From contig CAKQWJ010000005.1 in assembly GCA_934278925.1 (NCBI GenBank), positions 19,615 through 83,614 on the forward strand: a stretch of DNA of 64,000 nt. Direction: 5' to 3'. The translations under genes and the position numbers were made by a program. Numbering within the stretch: position 1 is the first letter of the stretch; every line of letters begins with the position of its first letter. This document shows positions 47,473 through 56,763 of the stretch, one piece after another. Source of the DNA: an uncultured Clostridia bacterium (GTDB lineage Bacteria; Bacillota; Clostridia; Peptostreptococcales; Anaerovoracaceae). The notes beneath the pieces are model-generated. The model saw nothing but the letters and a program-made list of their open reading frames with translations, was not told the DNA's origin and did not search any database.

Positions 47473-48057
47473 ATGAACACAATTACAAGAGAGACCGCAT
47501 GGGGACTTCTGACGAAGTACAACAAGGAGCCCTTTCATCAGCACCACGCAGTGACCGTGGAAGGCGTCATGAGATATTATGCGGAAAAAATCGGCGAGGA
47601 CCCGGATTTCTGGGGAATCTGCGGACTGCTTCACGACGTGGATTTTGAGCAGTGGCCGGAAGAGCACTGCACCAAAGCCCCGGAACTTCTGGCGGAAATC
47701 CAGGCCCCGGAGGAAATGGTTCACGCCATCTGCAGCCACGGTTACGGCATCTGCTGCGACGTCCGGCCGGAGTGTGAAATGGAGAAATTTCTTTTTGCCG
47801 CCGACGAACTCACCGGACTGATCGGCGCCGCCATCATTCTTCGCCCGTCCCACAGCTGCAAGGACATGGACGTGAAGTCGGTGAAAAAGAAATTCAAAGA
47901 CAAGAGATTTGCCGCCGGCTGCGACCGGGAAGTCATCCGCAAGGGCGCGGAGCTGCTGGGCTGGGAACTGACCGACCTTTTCCAGACCGTGCTGGAAGCC
48001 ATGCAGTCCCTGCCGGACCCGGACGAACTGGATGCCCGGAACGGAATCGAAGGGTAA
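47473..48057 (+). CDS. HD-domain phosphohydrolase
   Basis: Start at ATG 47473 with RBS GGAGG. HD motif H…HD is present (…HHAVTVEG…GLLHDVDFEQW…). Confidence 0.75.
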   Translation: MNTITRETAWGLLTKYNKEPFHQHHAVTVEGVMRYYAEKIGEDPDFWGICGLLHDVDFEQWPEEHCTKAPELLAEIQAPEEMVHAICSHGYGICCDVRPECEMEKFLFAADELTGLIGAAIILRPSHSCKDMDVKSVKKKFKDKRFAAGCDREVIRKGAELLGWELTDLFQTVLEAMQSLPDPDELDARNGIEG

Positions 48058-48070
48058 TAAATTATGGGGC

Positions 48071-48110
48071 AAAAAACCTCGGCAAGCCGAACGCCTGCCG
48101 AGGTTTTTTC
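48071..48110. terminator. Bidirectional terminator (aaaaaacctcggcaagccgaacgcctgccgaggtttttt) between the HD gene (+) and tyrS (-)
   Basis: A 9-bp stem is flanked by an A-run and a T-run. Confidence 0.8.
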
Positions 48111-48132
48111 ATTACACACAATTATCTTTCAA

Positions 48133-49470
48133 TTACTTCAGCACCACTGCGATGAATTTCTTCTTTCCCTTCTGGATGATAATCTTGTCATCCTTGAAGT
48201 CCTCCAGCGTTACCTGGTGTTTTCTGTCCACGACCTTCTCGTCGTTGATTCGGAATCCGCCCTGCTCAATCATGCGGAACGCTTCGCTGTTGCTTCCCAC
48301 CAGCTTCAGTTCCTTTGCCAGAGCGGCCAGACCGATGCCTTCGCCTTCAAATACAGAACGCTCCATCTCCACGCTCGGAATGTTGTCTGCCGCCGCAGCG
48401 TTTCCGCCGGCAAATACCTTGCGGGATGCTTCCAGCGCTTCCTGTGCCGCCTTCTCGCCGTGAACCAGCTTGGTCACCTCGTAGCCCAGGATTTCCTTCG
48501 CCTTGTTGATTTCGGAACCTTCCAGTGCGGACAGTCTGTTCACCTCTTCCATCGGCAGGAATGTCAGCATTCTCAGGCACTTGTTCACGTCAGCATCGTT
48601 CACGTTTCTCCAGTACTGGAAGAACTCGTATGGAGACACTCTGTTCTCATCCAGCCAGAGGGCACCCTTTGCGGTCTTGCCCATCTTCTTGCCTTCACTG
48701 TTGGTCAGAAGTCCGAAGGTCATGCCGTATACTTCCTTGTCACACGCCTTACGGGTCAGGTTCACGCCGGCGATGATGTTGGACCACTGGTCGTTTCCGC
48801 CGAACTGTGCCTTCAGGTCAAAGTCTCTTGCCATAACCATGAAGTCGTATGCTTGCAATGTCATGTAGCAGAACTCGAAGAAGGACAGACCCTCGTTCCG
48901 ATCCATTCTGCTCTTGAAGCACTCCGCTCTCAGCATGGTGTTTACGTTGAACTGCGTACCGATTTCTCTGGCGAACTCAGTGTACTTCGCTTTCCGAATC
49001 CACTCCGCGTTATTCACGCTGACAGCCTTTCCTTCCAGTGGCTCTCTGTTCTGGTGTCCCGGAACGTATACGCCGCCGTTGCCCTCGTATTTCCACTCAT
49101 CGTCAAACTCGAAAAATCTCTCGAACAGCTTCTTGAACGCTCTGCAGTTATCGTCGATGGTATCGATGGTCATCACCTGACGCATATCGCTTCGGCCGGA
49201 AGGGTCTCCCACCTCACCGGTACCACCGCCCAGCAGAATAACCGGCGTATGGCCGTACTTCTGCATGTACAACATGATAATAACCTGAATGAAGTGTCCC
49301 ACATGCAAGCAATCCGCAGTCGGATCGAAACCGATGTAGAACTTAATTTTCTCCCGGCCCAGCAGGTCTCTCAGCGCCTCCGGGTTGGTGCACTGTTCAA
49401 TCAGTCCTCTTTCCTGAAGTACGTCGAACACGTTATCGTACTTGCTCACATTGTCTGGAATCTGAAACAT
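48133..49470 (-). CDS. tyrS: Tyrosine--tRNA ligase
   Basis: Start at ATG 49470 (MFQIPDNVSK…) with RBS AAGGAGAG. The HIGH motif appears as HVGH, KMSKS as KMGKT, and there is a C-terminal S4-like domain. Confidence 0.9.
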   Translation of the reverse strand: MFQIPDNVSKYDNVFDVLQERGLIEQCTNPEALRDLLGREKIKFYIGFDPTADCLHVGHFIQVIIMLYMQKYGHTPVILLGGGTGEVGDPSGRSDMRQVMTIDTIDDNCRAFKKLFERFFEFDDEWKYEGNGGVYVPGHQNREPLEGKAVSVNNAEWIRKAKYTEFAREIGTQFNVNTMLRAECFKSRMDRNEGLSFFEFCYMTLQAYDFMVMARDFDLKAQFGGNDQWSNIIAGVNLTRKACDKEVYGMTFGLLTNSEGKKMGKTAKGALWLDENRVSPYEFFQYWRNVNDADVNKCLRMLTFLPMEEVNRLSALEGSEINKAKEILGYEVTKLVHGEKAAQEALEASRKVFAGGNAAAADNIPSVEMERSVFEGEGIGLAALAKELKLVGSNSEAFRMIEQGGFRINDEKVVDRKHQVTLEDFKDDKIIIQKGKKKFIAVVLK

Positions 49471-49731
49471 TTTCTCTCTCCTTCTCAATCTATCATAATA
49501 AAATTATCCTTCGAAACGATGACATTATTCTATCACATTCCCGGGGCAAAATAAAAGGCTCCGCAGCATTTTGCCGCGAAGCCTGAATACTTCATTTCCG
49601 GATTTCTGAACCCACATCGCAACAAAATCACCTCTTCAGTTAGGAGAAGAGGTAATAGTAGGCCTGCTTGTGAGATCTGTTTCTAAGAAATGTAGTCATT
49701 GTTCCATCCTCTTTGTGTTGTAATTTATTAC

Positions 49732-49760
49732 AATATATCACCGTGTTTGTATGATGTCAA
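49732..49760 (-). promoter_or_regulatory. Near-consensus sigma-A promoter for tyrS (TTGACA - 17 bp - TATATT), giving a ~255-nt leader
   Basis: On the minus strand, TTGACA sits at 49760-49755 and TATATT at 49737-49732. The leader (49725-49471) contains several hairpins. Confidence 0.5.
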
Positions 49761-49771
49761 CATATTTCACG

Positions 49772-49808
49772 GAAGTTTTCGGGTAAAAACACAATTGTTT
49801 TTACCCGA
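49772..49808. terminator. Perfect palindromic hairpin (cgggtaaaaaca attg tgtttttacccg) 3' of the hydrogenase gene
   Basis: A 12-bp stem lies 10 bp downstream of the hydrogenase stop on the minus strand. The U-tract is inside the stem arm rather than trailing it. Confidence 0.45.
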
Positions 49809-49818
49809 AGGTTTCCGA

Positions 49819-51381
49819 CTAGTCGTCTCCCTGCGTCCGAACTTCTTCTTCGATTCGAGCCACCTCTTCGTCCAGGTGCTCCAATCCCGGAAGCATATCC
49901 GCATATCGGCTTTCGGAACAGCGGAGAACGCCGGCTTCCTTCTCTGCCACGCCCAGCTGGTAGTCCGCACGGTTCAGCGCCAGCAATGTTCCGGCCCCGC
50001 CGATGCAGCCTCCCGGGCAGGCCATTCCTTCCAGCAGATATCCGTTCAGCTTTCCGGCTTTTGCACGCATCAGCATTTTGCGGCAGTTGTCCAGACCCTC
50101 GGCGCGCTCGATCAGAACTTCCCGATCCGGATCCACCTCTTCCAGGCGCTTCTTCACCGCTTCCGCTACGCCGCCGCTGCGGGCGAAACCGTAGCCGTCG
50201 CTGCTGGCGCGGCGAAGCTCATCTCCTTCCGGAATTGCACCGAAGTCCACCCCTTTCGCAGCGAACATGCCGGCAACTTCTTCATAGGTCAGCACGAAAT
50301 CCACATAGCTCTTCACGCTCCGGCGGCTGGCTTCCTGCTTCTTCGACAGGCACGGCCCGATGAATGCCACCTTGCACTCCGGATGCAGCTTCTTCGCCAG
50401 GCGGGCGCTCAGTACCATCGGCGTCAGCGCCATGGAAATGTTTCCGGCAAATTCCGGGAACTGCTTCTTTGCCATGATGGACCACGCCGGGCAGCAGCTG
50501 GTGCCCATGAACGGCAGATTTTCCGGTACGTCGTGCATGAAGTGCTCCGCTTCCTGGATGGTGCACAGATCCGCACCTACCGCAACTTCCACCACGTCTG
50601 CGAATCCCAGCTTGCCGAACGCTTCTTTCATCTTGGTATCCGTCAGCTCCTTGCCGAACTGGCCGGCGATGGACGGTGCCACCATAGCGATAACCGGCGT
50701 ATCGCCTTGCATTGCTTTGATGGTCTGATAGATCTGCCCCTTATCCACGATAGCGGCGAACGGACAGGAATTCAGACACATACCGCAGGAAACGCACTTC
50801 TCCTGGTCGATTTCCGCATGACCGTATTCATCCTTGTGGATAGCGTTGATTCCACAGGCTTTCTCGCAAGGCCGCTCCTGCTTTACGATAGCGTTGAACG
50901 GGCACACCTGAACGCAGCGGCCGCACTTGATACACTTGTCCGGATCGATGACGGAACGTCCGTCCTTCTGAATGGTGATGGCATCCTTCGGGCAGACCTC
51001 CTTGCACGGATGCTCCAAGCAGCCCTGGCATCCGTTGGTCACCGTCACGCCGTCCGGGCAGCAGTTGCAGGCGAACCGGATGATATCGATGAGCGGCGGT
51101 TCATAGTATTTCTCGGCAATCATGCTCTCATCCACGCCCTTGGATGTGTTGGCATGTTCGTTGATCTTCCGGAGCGACATCCCCATCGCCACCCGAAGGC
51201 GCTCACCGATGATGGCTCTCTCCAGGAAAATGCTGTCTCGGAAAGGCTCGTTCTCTCCGGAAATAATCTTGTACGGCAGGTCGTCCAGCTGCTCCGGACC
51301 GCCTCCTTCGTAGGCCAGCCTTGCCACCTCTTCGAATACCCTTCTGCGAAGTTTTGTCTTGTCTGTGATGTACCCTTTCAT
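49819..51381 (-). CDS. [FeFe] hydrogenase family protein (2x[4Fe-4S] ferredoxin domains + H-cluster domain) with an extra N-terminal Cys-rich region
   Basis: Start at ATG 51381 with RBS GGAGG. H-cluster motifs are L1 TSCCPAW, L2 PCLSKKQE and L3 EGMACPGGCIGGAGT. Ferredoxin motifs CIKCGRCVQVCP and CVSCGMCLNSCP are present, plus an N-terminal CNCCPDG…CQGCLEHPCKEVCP region. Confidence 0.8.
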   Translation of the reverse strand: MKGYITDKTKLRRRVFEEVARLAYEGGGPEQLDDLPYKIISGENEPFRDSIFLERAIIGERLRVAMGMSLRKINEHANTSKGVDESMIAEKYYEPPLIDIIRFACNCCPDGVTVTNGCQGCLEHPCKEVCPKDAITIQKDGRSVIDPDKCIKCGRCVQVCPFNAIVKQERPCEKACGINAIHKDEYGHAEIDQEKCVSCGMCLNSCPFAAIVDKGQIYQTIKAMQGDTPVIAMVAPSIAGQFGKELTDTKMKEAFGKLGFADVVEVAVGADLCTIQEAEHFMHDVPENLPFMGTSCCPAWSIMAKKQFPEFAGNISMALTPMVLSARLAKKLHPECKVAFIGPCLSKKQEASRRSVKSYVDFVLTYEEVAGMFAAKGVDFGAIPEGDELRRASSDGYGFARSGGVAEAVKKRLEEVDPDREVLIERAEGLDNCRKMLMRAKAGKLNGYLLEGMACPGGCIGGAGTLLALNRADYQLGVAEKEAGVLRCSESRYADMLPGLEHLDEEVARIEEEVRTQGDD

Positions 51382-51593
51382 GTTCTCCTCCAATTCATGA
51401 AATCGTGCAACAGAAAGCCCGGGGCATCCGCCGACGCTCTGGGTTCCCTATTATTAGTTAAAAGTAAAATGCGTGCTTCCCCCTACATTTCAAATAACCA
51501 ATCATCACATATTGAATTTTATTTTAATTTTCCCGCACCGCCCCCGTCCGACAGTCCCGAAAAAATCATCGTCCTCTATATTGTTTTTATTCC

Positions 51594-52232
51594 CTACTTC
51601 GTTCCGTACAGGCGGTCTCCCGCATCTCCCAGGCCCGGGAGAATGTACGCGTTTTCGTTCAGGCACTCGTCCTTTGCCGCAATGTAGATATCCACATCCG
51701 GATGCGCGGTGTGCAGCGCCTCAATTCCCTCCGGTGCCGCAATCAGGCACATGAACTTGATATTGGTAGCTCCTCTCTTCTTGATGAAATCGATCGCCGC
51801 AATCGCACTTCCGCCGGTTGCCAGCATCGGATCCACCACGAAGCATTCTCTCTTCTCGATATCTACCGGCAGCTTACAGTAATATTCCACCGGCTTGTGG
51901 GTTTCCGGATCCCGGTACAGACCCACGTGGCCCACCTTCGCGTTCGGTACCAGTGCCAGCATTCCGTCCACGAAGCCCAGTCCGGCCCGCAGAATCGGAA
52001 CGATGGCGATATCTTCTCCCTTCAGCATCTTCACCTGCGTGGTGCACATCGGGGTTTCGATTTCCACATCCTCCAGCGCCAGATCCCGAGTTGCCTCAAA
52101 ACCCATCAGCATTGCCACTTCGGTTGCCAGCTCCCGGAATTCCTTCACGGTCGTGGATGTTTTTCTCATCAGCGAAACCTTGTGCTGAATCAGCGGGTGA
52201 TCGAATACATAAACCTTTCCTTCTCTTGCCAT
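51594..52232 (-). CDS. upp: Uracil phosphoribosyltransferase
   Basis: PRPP-binding motif (…[15 protein letters not shown]…); 212 aa. Confidence 0.95.
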   Translation of the reverse strand: MAREGKVYVFDHPLIQHKVSLMRKTSTTVKEFRELATEVAMLMGFEATRDLALEDVEIETPMCTTQVKMLKGEDIAIVPILRAGLGFVDGMLALVPNAKVGHVGLYRDPETHKPVEYYCKLPVDIEKRECFVVDPMLATGGSAIAAIDFIKKRGATNIKFMCLIAAPEGIEALHTAHPDVDIYIAAKDECLNENAYILPGLGDAGDRLYGTK

Positions 52233-52245
52233 TGCTTTCCTCCGA

Positions 52246-52686
52246 TTAAATCTCTTCCAGCATATTGATTCGGCGCAGGTGCTTTCCGCCCTCGAATTCT
52301 GTCTTCATCCATGTATCGATCATTTCAAAAGCCAGCTCCTGAGAGATCATCCGAGCACCCATGGCGATTACGTTGGCATTGTTGTGTCTCCGGCACATCT
52401 CCGCCATCTCCACGGAAGTGCACAGCGCACAGCGAATGCCCTTCACCTTATTGCAGGCGATGGAAATTCCGATACCGGATCCGCAGATCGCAATTCCCCG
52501 CTCCGCTTTGCCGGAAGCCACCGCTTCTCCAACGGCTTTTCCGTAAATCGGGTAGTCCACCGACTCCGTAGAATTCGTGCCCACATCCAGCACTTCGTGA
52601 CCTTCCGCAATCAACTTCTCCTTGACCGCTTCCTTCAGGGGATAACCCGCGTGGTCGCATCCAATCGCAATAATCATTTTCTCCAC
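52246..52686 (-). CDS. rpiB: Ribose-5-phosphate isomerase B
   Basis: [14 protein letters not shown]… with catalytic Cys in …[10 protein letters not shown]…; 146 aa. Confidence 0.9.
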   Translation of the reverse strand: MEKMIIAIGCDHAGYPLKEAVKEKLIAEGHEVLDVGTNSTESVDYPIYGKAVGEAVASGKAERGIAICGSGIGISIACNKVKGIRCALCTSVEMAEMCRRHNNANVIAMGARMISQELAFEMIDTWMKTEFEGGKHLRRINMLEEI

Positions 52687-52689
52687 CTC

Positions 52690-53697
52690 CTACACATGTA
52701 TCACGTCGTACCCTGCCGACTTGAGCATCCGGTTCATCACCGAGAACCCAAGCTCTTCTTCCGGAAGGGCCCGAACCAGAATCACATCTACATCTTCCCG
52801 ATCCAATTCTCTCAGACGGGCAAAAAAATCCTTCGCCGCGGCTTTACTGTCCCGGCCGTAATTCAAGGCAACCGCCTTCTGCCGAGCGTATTTGCACAGC
52901 CGCAGCTGCTCTTCAATTTCCCGCTCCACTGCGGCATCATCGTCGCCTTCGATAATCTTCACTTCCGCCTTCGGCGCATAGTGACGATACTTCATTCCCG
53001 GTGCCTTCGGGTGGAACTCTTCCCCCTCGCTGCGATGCATCGGATCCACGAACAGCGCCGGATCGTATTTCACTTCGCTCCCCAAAGTAAACTCCAGCAT
53101 CTCCTTCGTGATATATCCCGGCCGCAGAATCATCGGCACGTCCCCGGTAAGATCCAGCACTGTGGATTCAATGCCCACCGCGCAGTCTTCTCCCAGAAGA
53201 ACCGCATCGATTCGGCCGTCCATATCCTCCAGCACATCTTCGTATCGGGTCGGGCTGGGTCTTCCGGACCGATTGGCGCTGGGCGCCGCAATCGGTCTCT
53301 CCGACACCCGAATCAAATCTCTGGCCGCCTCACTGAGGGGCATGCGAATTCCCACGGTATCCAGTCCTCCGGTGGTCACCATCGGCACCCTCTCTGCCTT
53401 CTTCATGATGAAGGTAATCGGACCCGGCCAGTAGGCCTGAATCAGCGGAACCGCCACCGCCGGAATTTCCGATGCCACATCCGCCAGCTGTCCCATTTCC
53501 GCAATGTGAACGATCATGGGATTATCGCTGGGACGGCCTTTGGCTTCGTACACCGACCGAACCGCCTCTTCGTCCAGGGCATTGGCCCCCAGGCCGTACA
53601 CCGTCTCTGTGGGAAACGCCACCAGTCCGCCCCGCCGGATAATCTCGCCGGCATGAGCAATATTTTTTTCTGTAATCTCAAGTCTTTCGGTATCCAT
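52690..53697 (-). CDS. tsaC: L-threonylcarbamoyladenylate synthase (Sua5/YwlC type, with C-terminal Sua5 domain)
   Basis: YrdC-domain motif (VAFPTETVYGLGANALDEEAV) and a Sua5 C-terminal domain. Its start overlaps the prfA stop in TAATG, which suggests translational coupling. Confidence 0.9.
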   Translation of the reverse strand: MDTERLEITEKNIAHAGEIIRRGGLVAFPTETVYGLGANALDEEAVRSVYEAKGRPSDNPMIVHIAEMGQLADVASEIPAVAVPLIQAYWPGPITFIMKKAERVPMVTTGGLDTVGIRMPLSEAARDLIRVSERPIAAPSANRSGRPSPTRYEDVLEDMDGRIDAVLLGEDCAVGIESTVLDLTGDVPMILRPGYITKEMLEFTLGSEVKYDPALFVDPMHRSEGEEFHPKAPGMKYRHYAPKAEVKIIEGDDDAAVEREIEEQLRLCKYARQKAVALNYGRDSKAAAKDFFARLRELDREDVDVILVRALPEEELGFSVMNRMLKSAGYDVIHV

Positions 53698-54761
53698 TAG
53701 AAGCTCTTCATCTTCTCCGCCTGGTCATGGGTGATCAGAGCGTCGATAATCTCGTCCAGATCTCCATCCAGGAAGTTTTCCAATTTGTAGATTGTCACGT
53801 TAATTCTGTGGTCGGTTACACGACCCTGCGGGAAGTTGTACGTCCGGATTCGCTCGGAACGGTCTCCGCTTCCCACCTGGCTCCGGCGCTCTGCCGAAAT
53901 CTTGTCGTTCTGCTCCTGGAGCATCAGGTCGTACAGACGGGCCTTCAGTACCTTGAAGGCTTTGTCCTTATTCTTAATCTGGGATTTCTCATCCTGACAG
54001 GTTACCACCAGTCCGGTCGGGATATGGGTCAAACGAACCGCCGAGTCCGTGGTGTTGACGCACTGTCCGCCGTTACCGGAAGCGCGGTACACATCCACCC
54101 GGACGTCGTTCGGGTCGATTTTAACCTCTACGTCATCTACTTCCGGCAGCACCGCGATGGATGCGGCGGAGGTGTGAATCCGTCCGCTGGACTCCGTCTC
54201 CGGCACACGCTGTACCCGGTGCACGCCGCTCTCGAACTTCAGACGGGAGTACGCGCCCTTACCCTTAATCATGATCACCGCTTCCTTCACACCGCCGATT
54301 CCGGTATCGTTCACGTCGATGATCTCCGTCTTCCATCTTCTTCTCTCTGCATAGCGCAGGTACATTCTCATCAGGTCGCCGCCGAACAGCGCCGCCTCGT
54401 CTCCGCCGGTGCCGGCACGAACTTCCAGAATAACGTTCTTCTCATCGTTCGGGTCCTTCGGCAGCAGCAGAATCTTCAGCTCCTCCTGGGATTTCTCGAT
54501 GCCCGCTTCCAGCTCCTTGATTTCCTCCCGAGCCATCTCCCGGAGTTCCTCATCATCTTCCATCTCGAAGATTTCCTTGGAATCCTCCAGCTCCTGCTTC
54601 ATATCCTTGTAGTGCTTGTATTCCTTCACAATCGGCTCCATCTCGCCCATTTCCTTCATGTACTTCTGCCATGTCGGCTGGTCGGAAATGATATCCGGGT
54701 CGGAAACTTTTTTTGCCAGCTCCTCGTACTTGTCTACGGTAAAATCCAATTTGTCAAACAT
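53697..54761 (-). CDS. prfA: Peptide chain release factor 1
   Basis: GGQ motif ([13 protein letters not shown]), RF1-type PET tripeptide ([14 protein letters not shown]) and no frameshift; 354 aa. Confidence 0.9.
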   Translation of the reverse strand: MFDKLDFTVDKYEELAKKVSDPDIISDQPTWQKYMKEMGEMEPIVKEYKHYKDMKQELEDSKEIFEMEDDEELREMAREEIKELEAGIEKSQEELKILLLPKDPNDEKNVILEVRAGTGGDEAALFGGDLMRMYLRYAERRRWKTEIIDVNDTGIGGVKEAVIMIKGKGAYSRLKFESGVHRVQRVPETESSGRIHTSAASIAVLPEVDDVEVKIDPNDVRVDVYRASGNGGQCVNTTDSAVRLTHIPTGLVVTCQDEKSQIKNKDKAFKVLKARLYDLMLQEQNDKISAERRSQVGSGDRSERIRTYNFPQGRVTDHRINVTIYKLENFLDGDLDEIIDALITHDQAEKMKSF

Positions 54762-54900
54762 AATCTCTTTCCTCTATATTATATGTAAAAAAACGATAAC
54801 ATTTCTTCCGGTCTTCCGGCGCGTCGTCTGCTGTCGTTACAAAAAAATCACGCTCTTTGCCATTATATCACATCCCACATCCGTGTAAAATACAGTCATG

Positions 54901-54940
54901 CGAAAAAGGGATGCTGCAGTCTCTCCCACAGCATCCCCCT
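54901..54940. terminator. Rho-independent terminator 3' of rpmE
   Basis: On the minus strand, gggggatgctgtgggagagactgcagcatccc is followed by tttttcg. Confidence 0.7.
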
Positions 54941-54954
54941 TACTCGTTCGTTCC

Positions 54955-55152
54955 CTAAAGGTTGTACTTGTTCTTGAACTTTTCGATACGTCCGCCACGG
55001 TTTGCAAACTTCTGCTGACCGGTGAAGAACGGATGACACTCAGAGCAAATGTCCACTCTCATCTCGGAGTTGTTGGACAGTGTCATAAATGTATTACCAC
55101 ATGCGCAAGTAACTTTACATTCCTTATAATCAGGATGGATTCCTTCCTTCAT
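54955..55152 (-). CDS. rpmE: 50S ribosomal protein L31 (type A, Zn-binding)
   Basis: Start at ATG 55152 ([22 protein letters not shown]…[10 protein letters not shown]) with RBS AGAGGAGAG. The CxxC…CxxC pattern is present. Confidence 0.9.
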   Translation of the reverse strand: MKEGIHPDYKECKVTCACGNTFMTLSNNSEMRVDICSECHPFFTGQQKFANRGGRIEKFKNKYNL

Positions 55153-55457
55153 GTTGTCTCTCCTCTTTCTGTGAATGTCTATCCGGGCACGGCTTAGTCC
55201 ATCACCCAAATAGCTTTATAATTATATCAGCATGGAACCCTGTACGCAAGGGATTTTTGCTTTATTTTTCGGGTTTTTTGCCCTTTTTTGTGAAGGAAGC
55301 GCTTTCACTCCGTCAATTTGTCTGTTCCCTATCAATCATTGCACCCCACTCCCCCGACGGTTATAATGTATTTGTAAAAAAAGGTTTATTTTTCAACATA
55401 TTCCGGCAGTTCGAAATGCATTCCTCTGCCGAATCGATTACGGAAAGGAAATTCACT

Positions 55458-56657
55458 ATGCTACAGGGAAAAACCGTGCTGCTGGGCATCACCGGCGGCA
55501 TCGCAGCATATAAAAGTGCCATGCTGGCCAGCGCTTTGAAGAAGCAGCACGCCGATGTGCACGTCGTCATGACCGAGAACGCCACCCGGTTCATCGCACC
55601 TCTCACCTTTGAGACCCTGACCAACAACCGGGTTTCGGTGGACACCTTTGACCGGAATTTCAAATACGATGTGGAGCACATCTCTTTGGCGAAAGCCGCG
55701 GATTTGATCTGCGTGGCACCGGCCACCGCCGACTTCATAGCAAAGGCGGCTCACGGTCTGGCCGACGATATGCTCACCACCGTTCTTCTGGCGGCGAAGT
55801 GCCCAAAGTTGGTGGCGCCGGCCATGAACACCGCCATGTATGAAAATCCGATTACTCAAGACAATATGGCGATTCTCCGGAAATACGGCTTCCACGTTAT
55901 GGATCCGGCCAACGGCCACCTGGCCTGCGGCGATTCCGGCCCGGGGAAAATGCCGGAACCGGAGGCGCTGCTGGAAGAAATCCTGTACCTCCTGGCCTGC
56001 AATAAGGATTTTACCGGGAAACGGGTTCTGGTTACCGCCGGTCCAACGCAGGAATCCATCGACCCGGTGCGGTATATCACCAACCACTCCACCGGCAAGA
56101 TGGGATACGCACTGGCACGGGCCGCTGCGTTCCGCGGTGCGGATGTCACCTTGATTTCCGGTCCCACCGCCCTTCAGCCGCCGGCACACGCGGAGTTCAT
56201 TCCGGTTACCAGTGCCGAAGAGATGCACGACGCGGTTCTGGAACAGGTGCCGAAAGCGGACTTCGTCTTCAAAGCCGCTGCAGTAGCGGATTACACACCG
56301 ATGGTGACATACGATCAGAAGGTCAAGAAAAAGGACGGGGACATGTCCATTCCTCTTACCCGAACCAAGGATATCCTGAAGGACGTTGCCGGAATTCGCC
56401 GAGCAGACCAAATCCTCTGCGGCTTCTCCATGGAAACGGAAAACCTGATTGAGAACTCCCGGGGGAAATTAGAACGAAAAGGTCTGGATATGATTGCGGC
56501 CAACAGCCTTCGAACGGAAGGGGCCGGCTTCGGCACCGACACCAACGTGATTACGGTAATCACCAAAAATCTGGTACGTGAACTGCCGATTCAATCCAAA
56601 TTCGATGCGGCGGGCGAGCTCCTTACCATGGCGCTGTCCATGGCGGCTCGGAAATAG
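55458..56657 (+). CDS. coaBC: Bifunctional phosphopantothenoylcysteine decarboxylase / phosphopantothenate--cysteine ligase
   Basis: Start at ATG 55458 ([21 protein letters not shown]…, the flavoprotein CoaC domain), followed by a CoaB domain (…[33 protein letters not shown]…). Confidence 0.9.
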   Translation: MLQGKTVLLGITGGIAAYKSAMLASALKKQHADVHVVMTENATRFIAPLTFETLTNNRVSVDTFDRNFKYDVEHISLAKAADLICVAPATADFIAKAAHGLADDMLTTVLLAAKCPKLVAPAMNTAMYENPITQDNMAILRKYGFHVMDPANGHLACGDSGPGKMPEPEALLEEILYLLACNKDFTGKRVLVTAGPTQESIDPVRYITNHSTGKMGYALARAAAFRGADVTLISGPTALQPPAHAEFIPVTSAEEMHDAVLEQVPKADFVFKAAAVADYTPMVTYDQKVKKKDGDMSIPLTRTKDILKDVAGIRRADQILCGFSMETENLIENSRGKLERKGLDMIAANSLRTEGAGFGTDTNVITVITKNLVRELPIQSKFDAAGELLTMALSMAARK

Positions 56658-56763
56658 TTTTACATACTTTACTTACTTATATGGTTATTTAGAAAAACGC
56701 GCCTTCTCCGCGGGGGGGAGAAGGCGGCACCGCTCGATGGTATCGAGCAGAGAGAGGGCTTAT

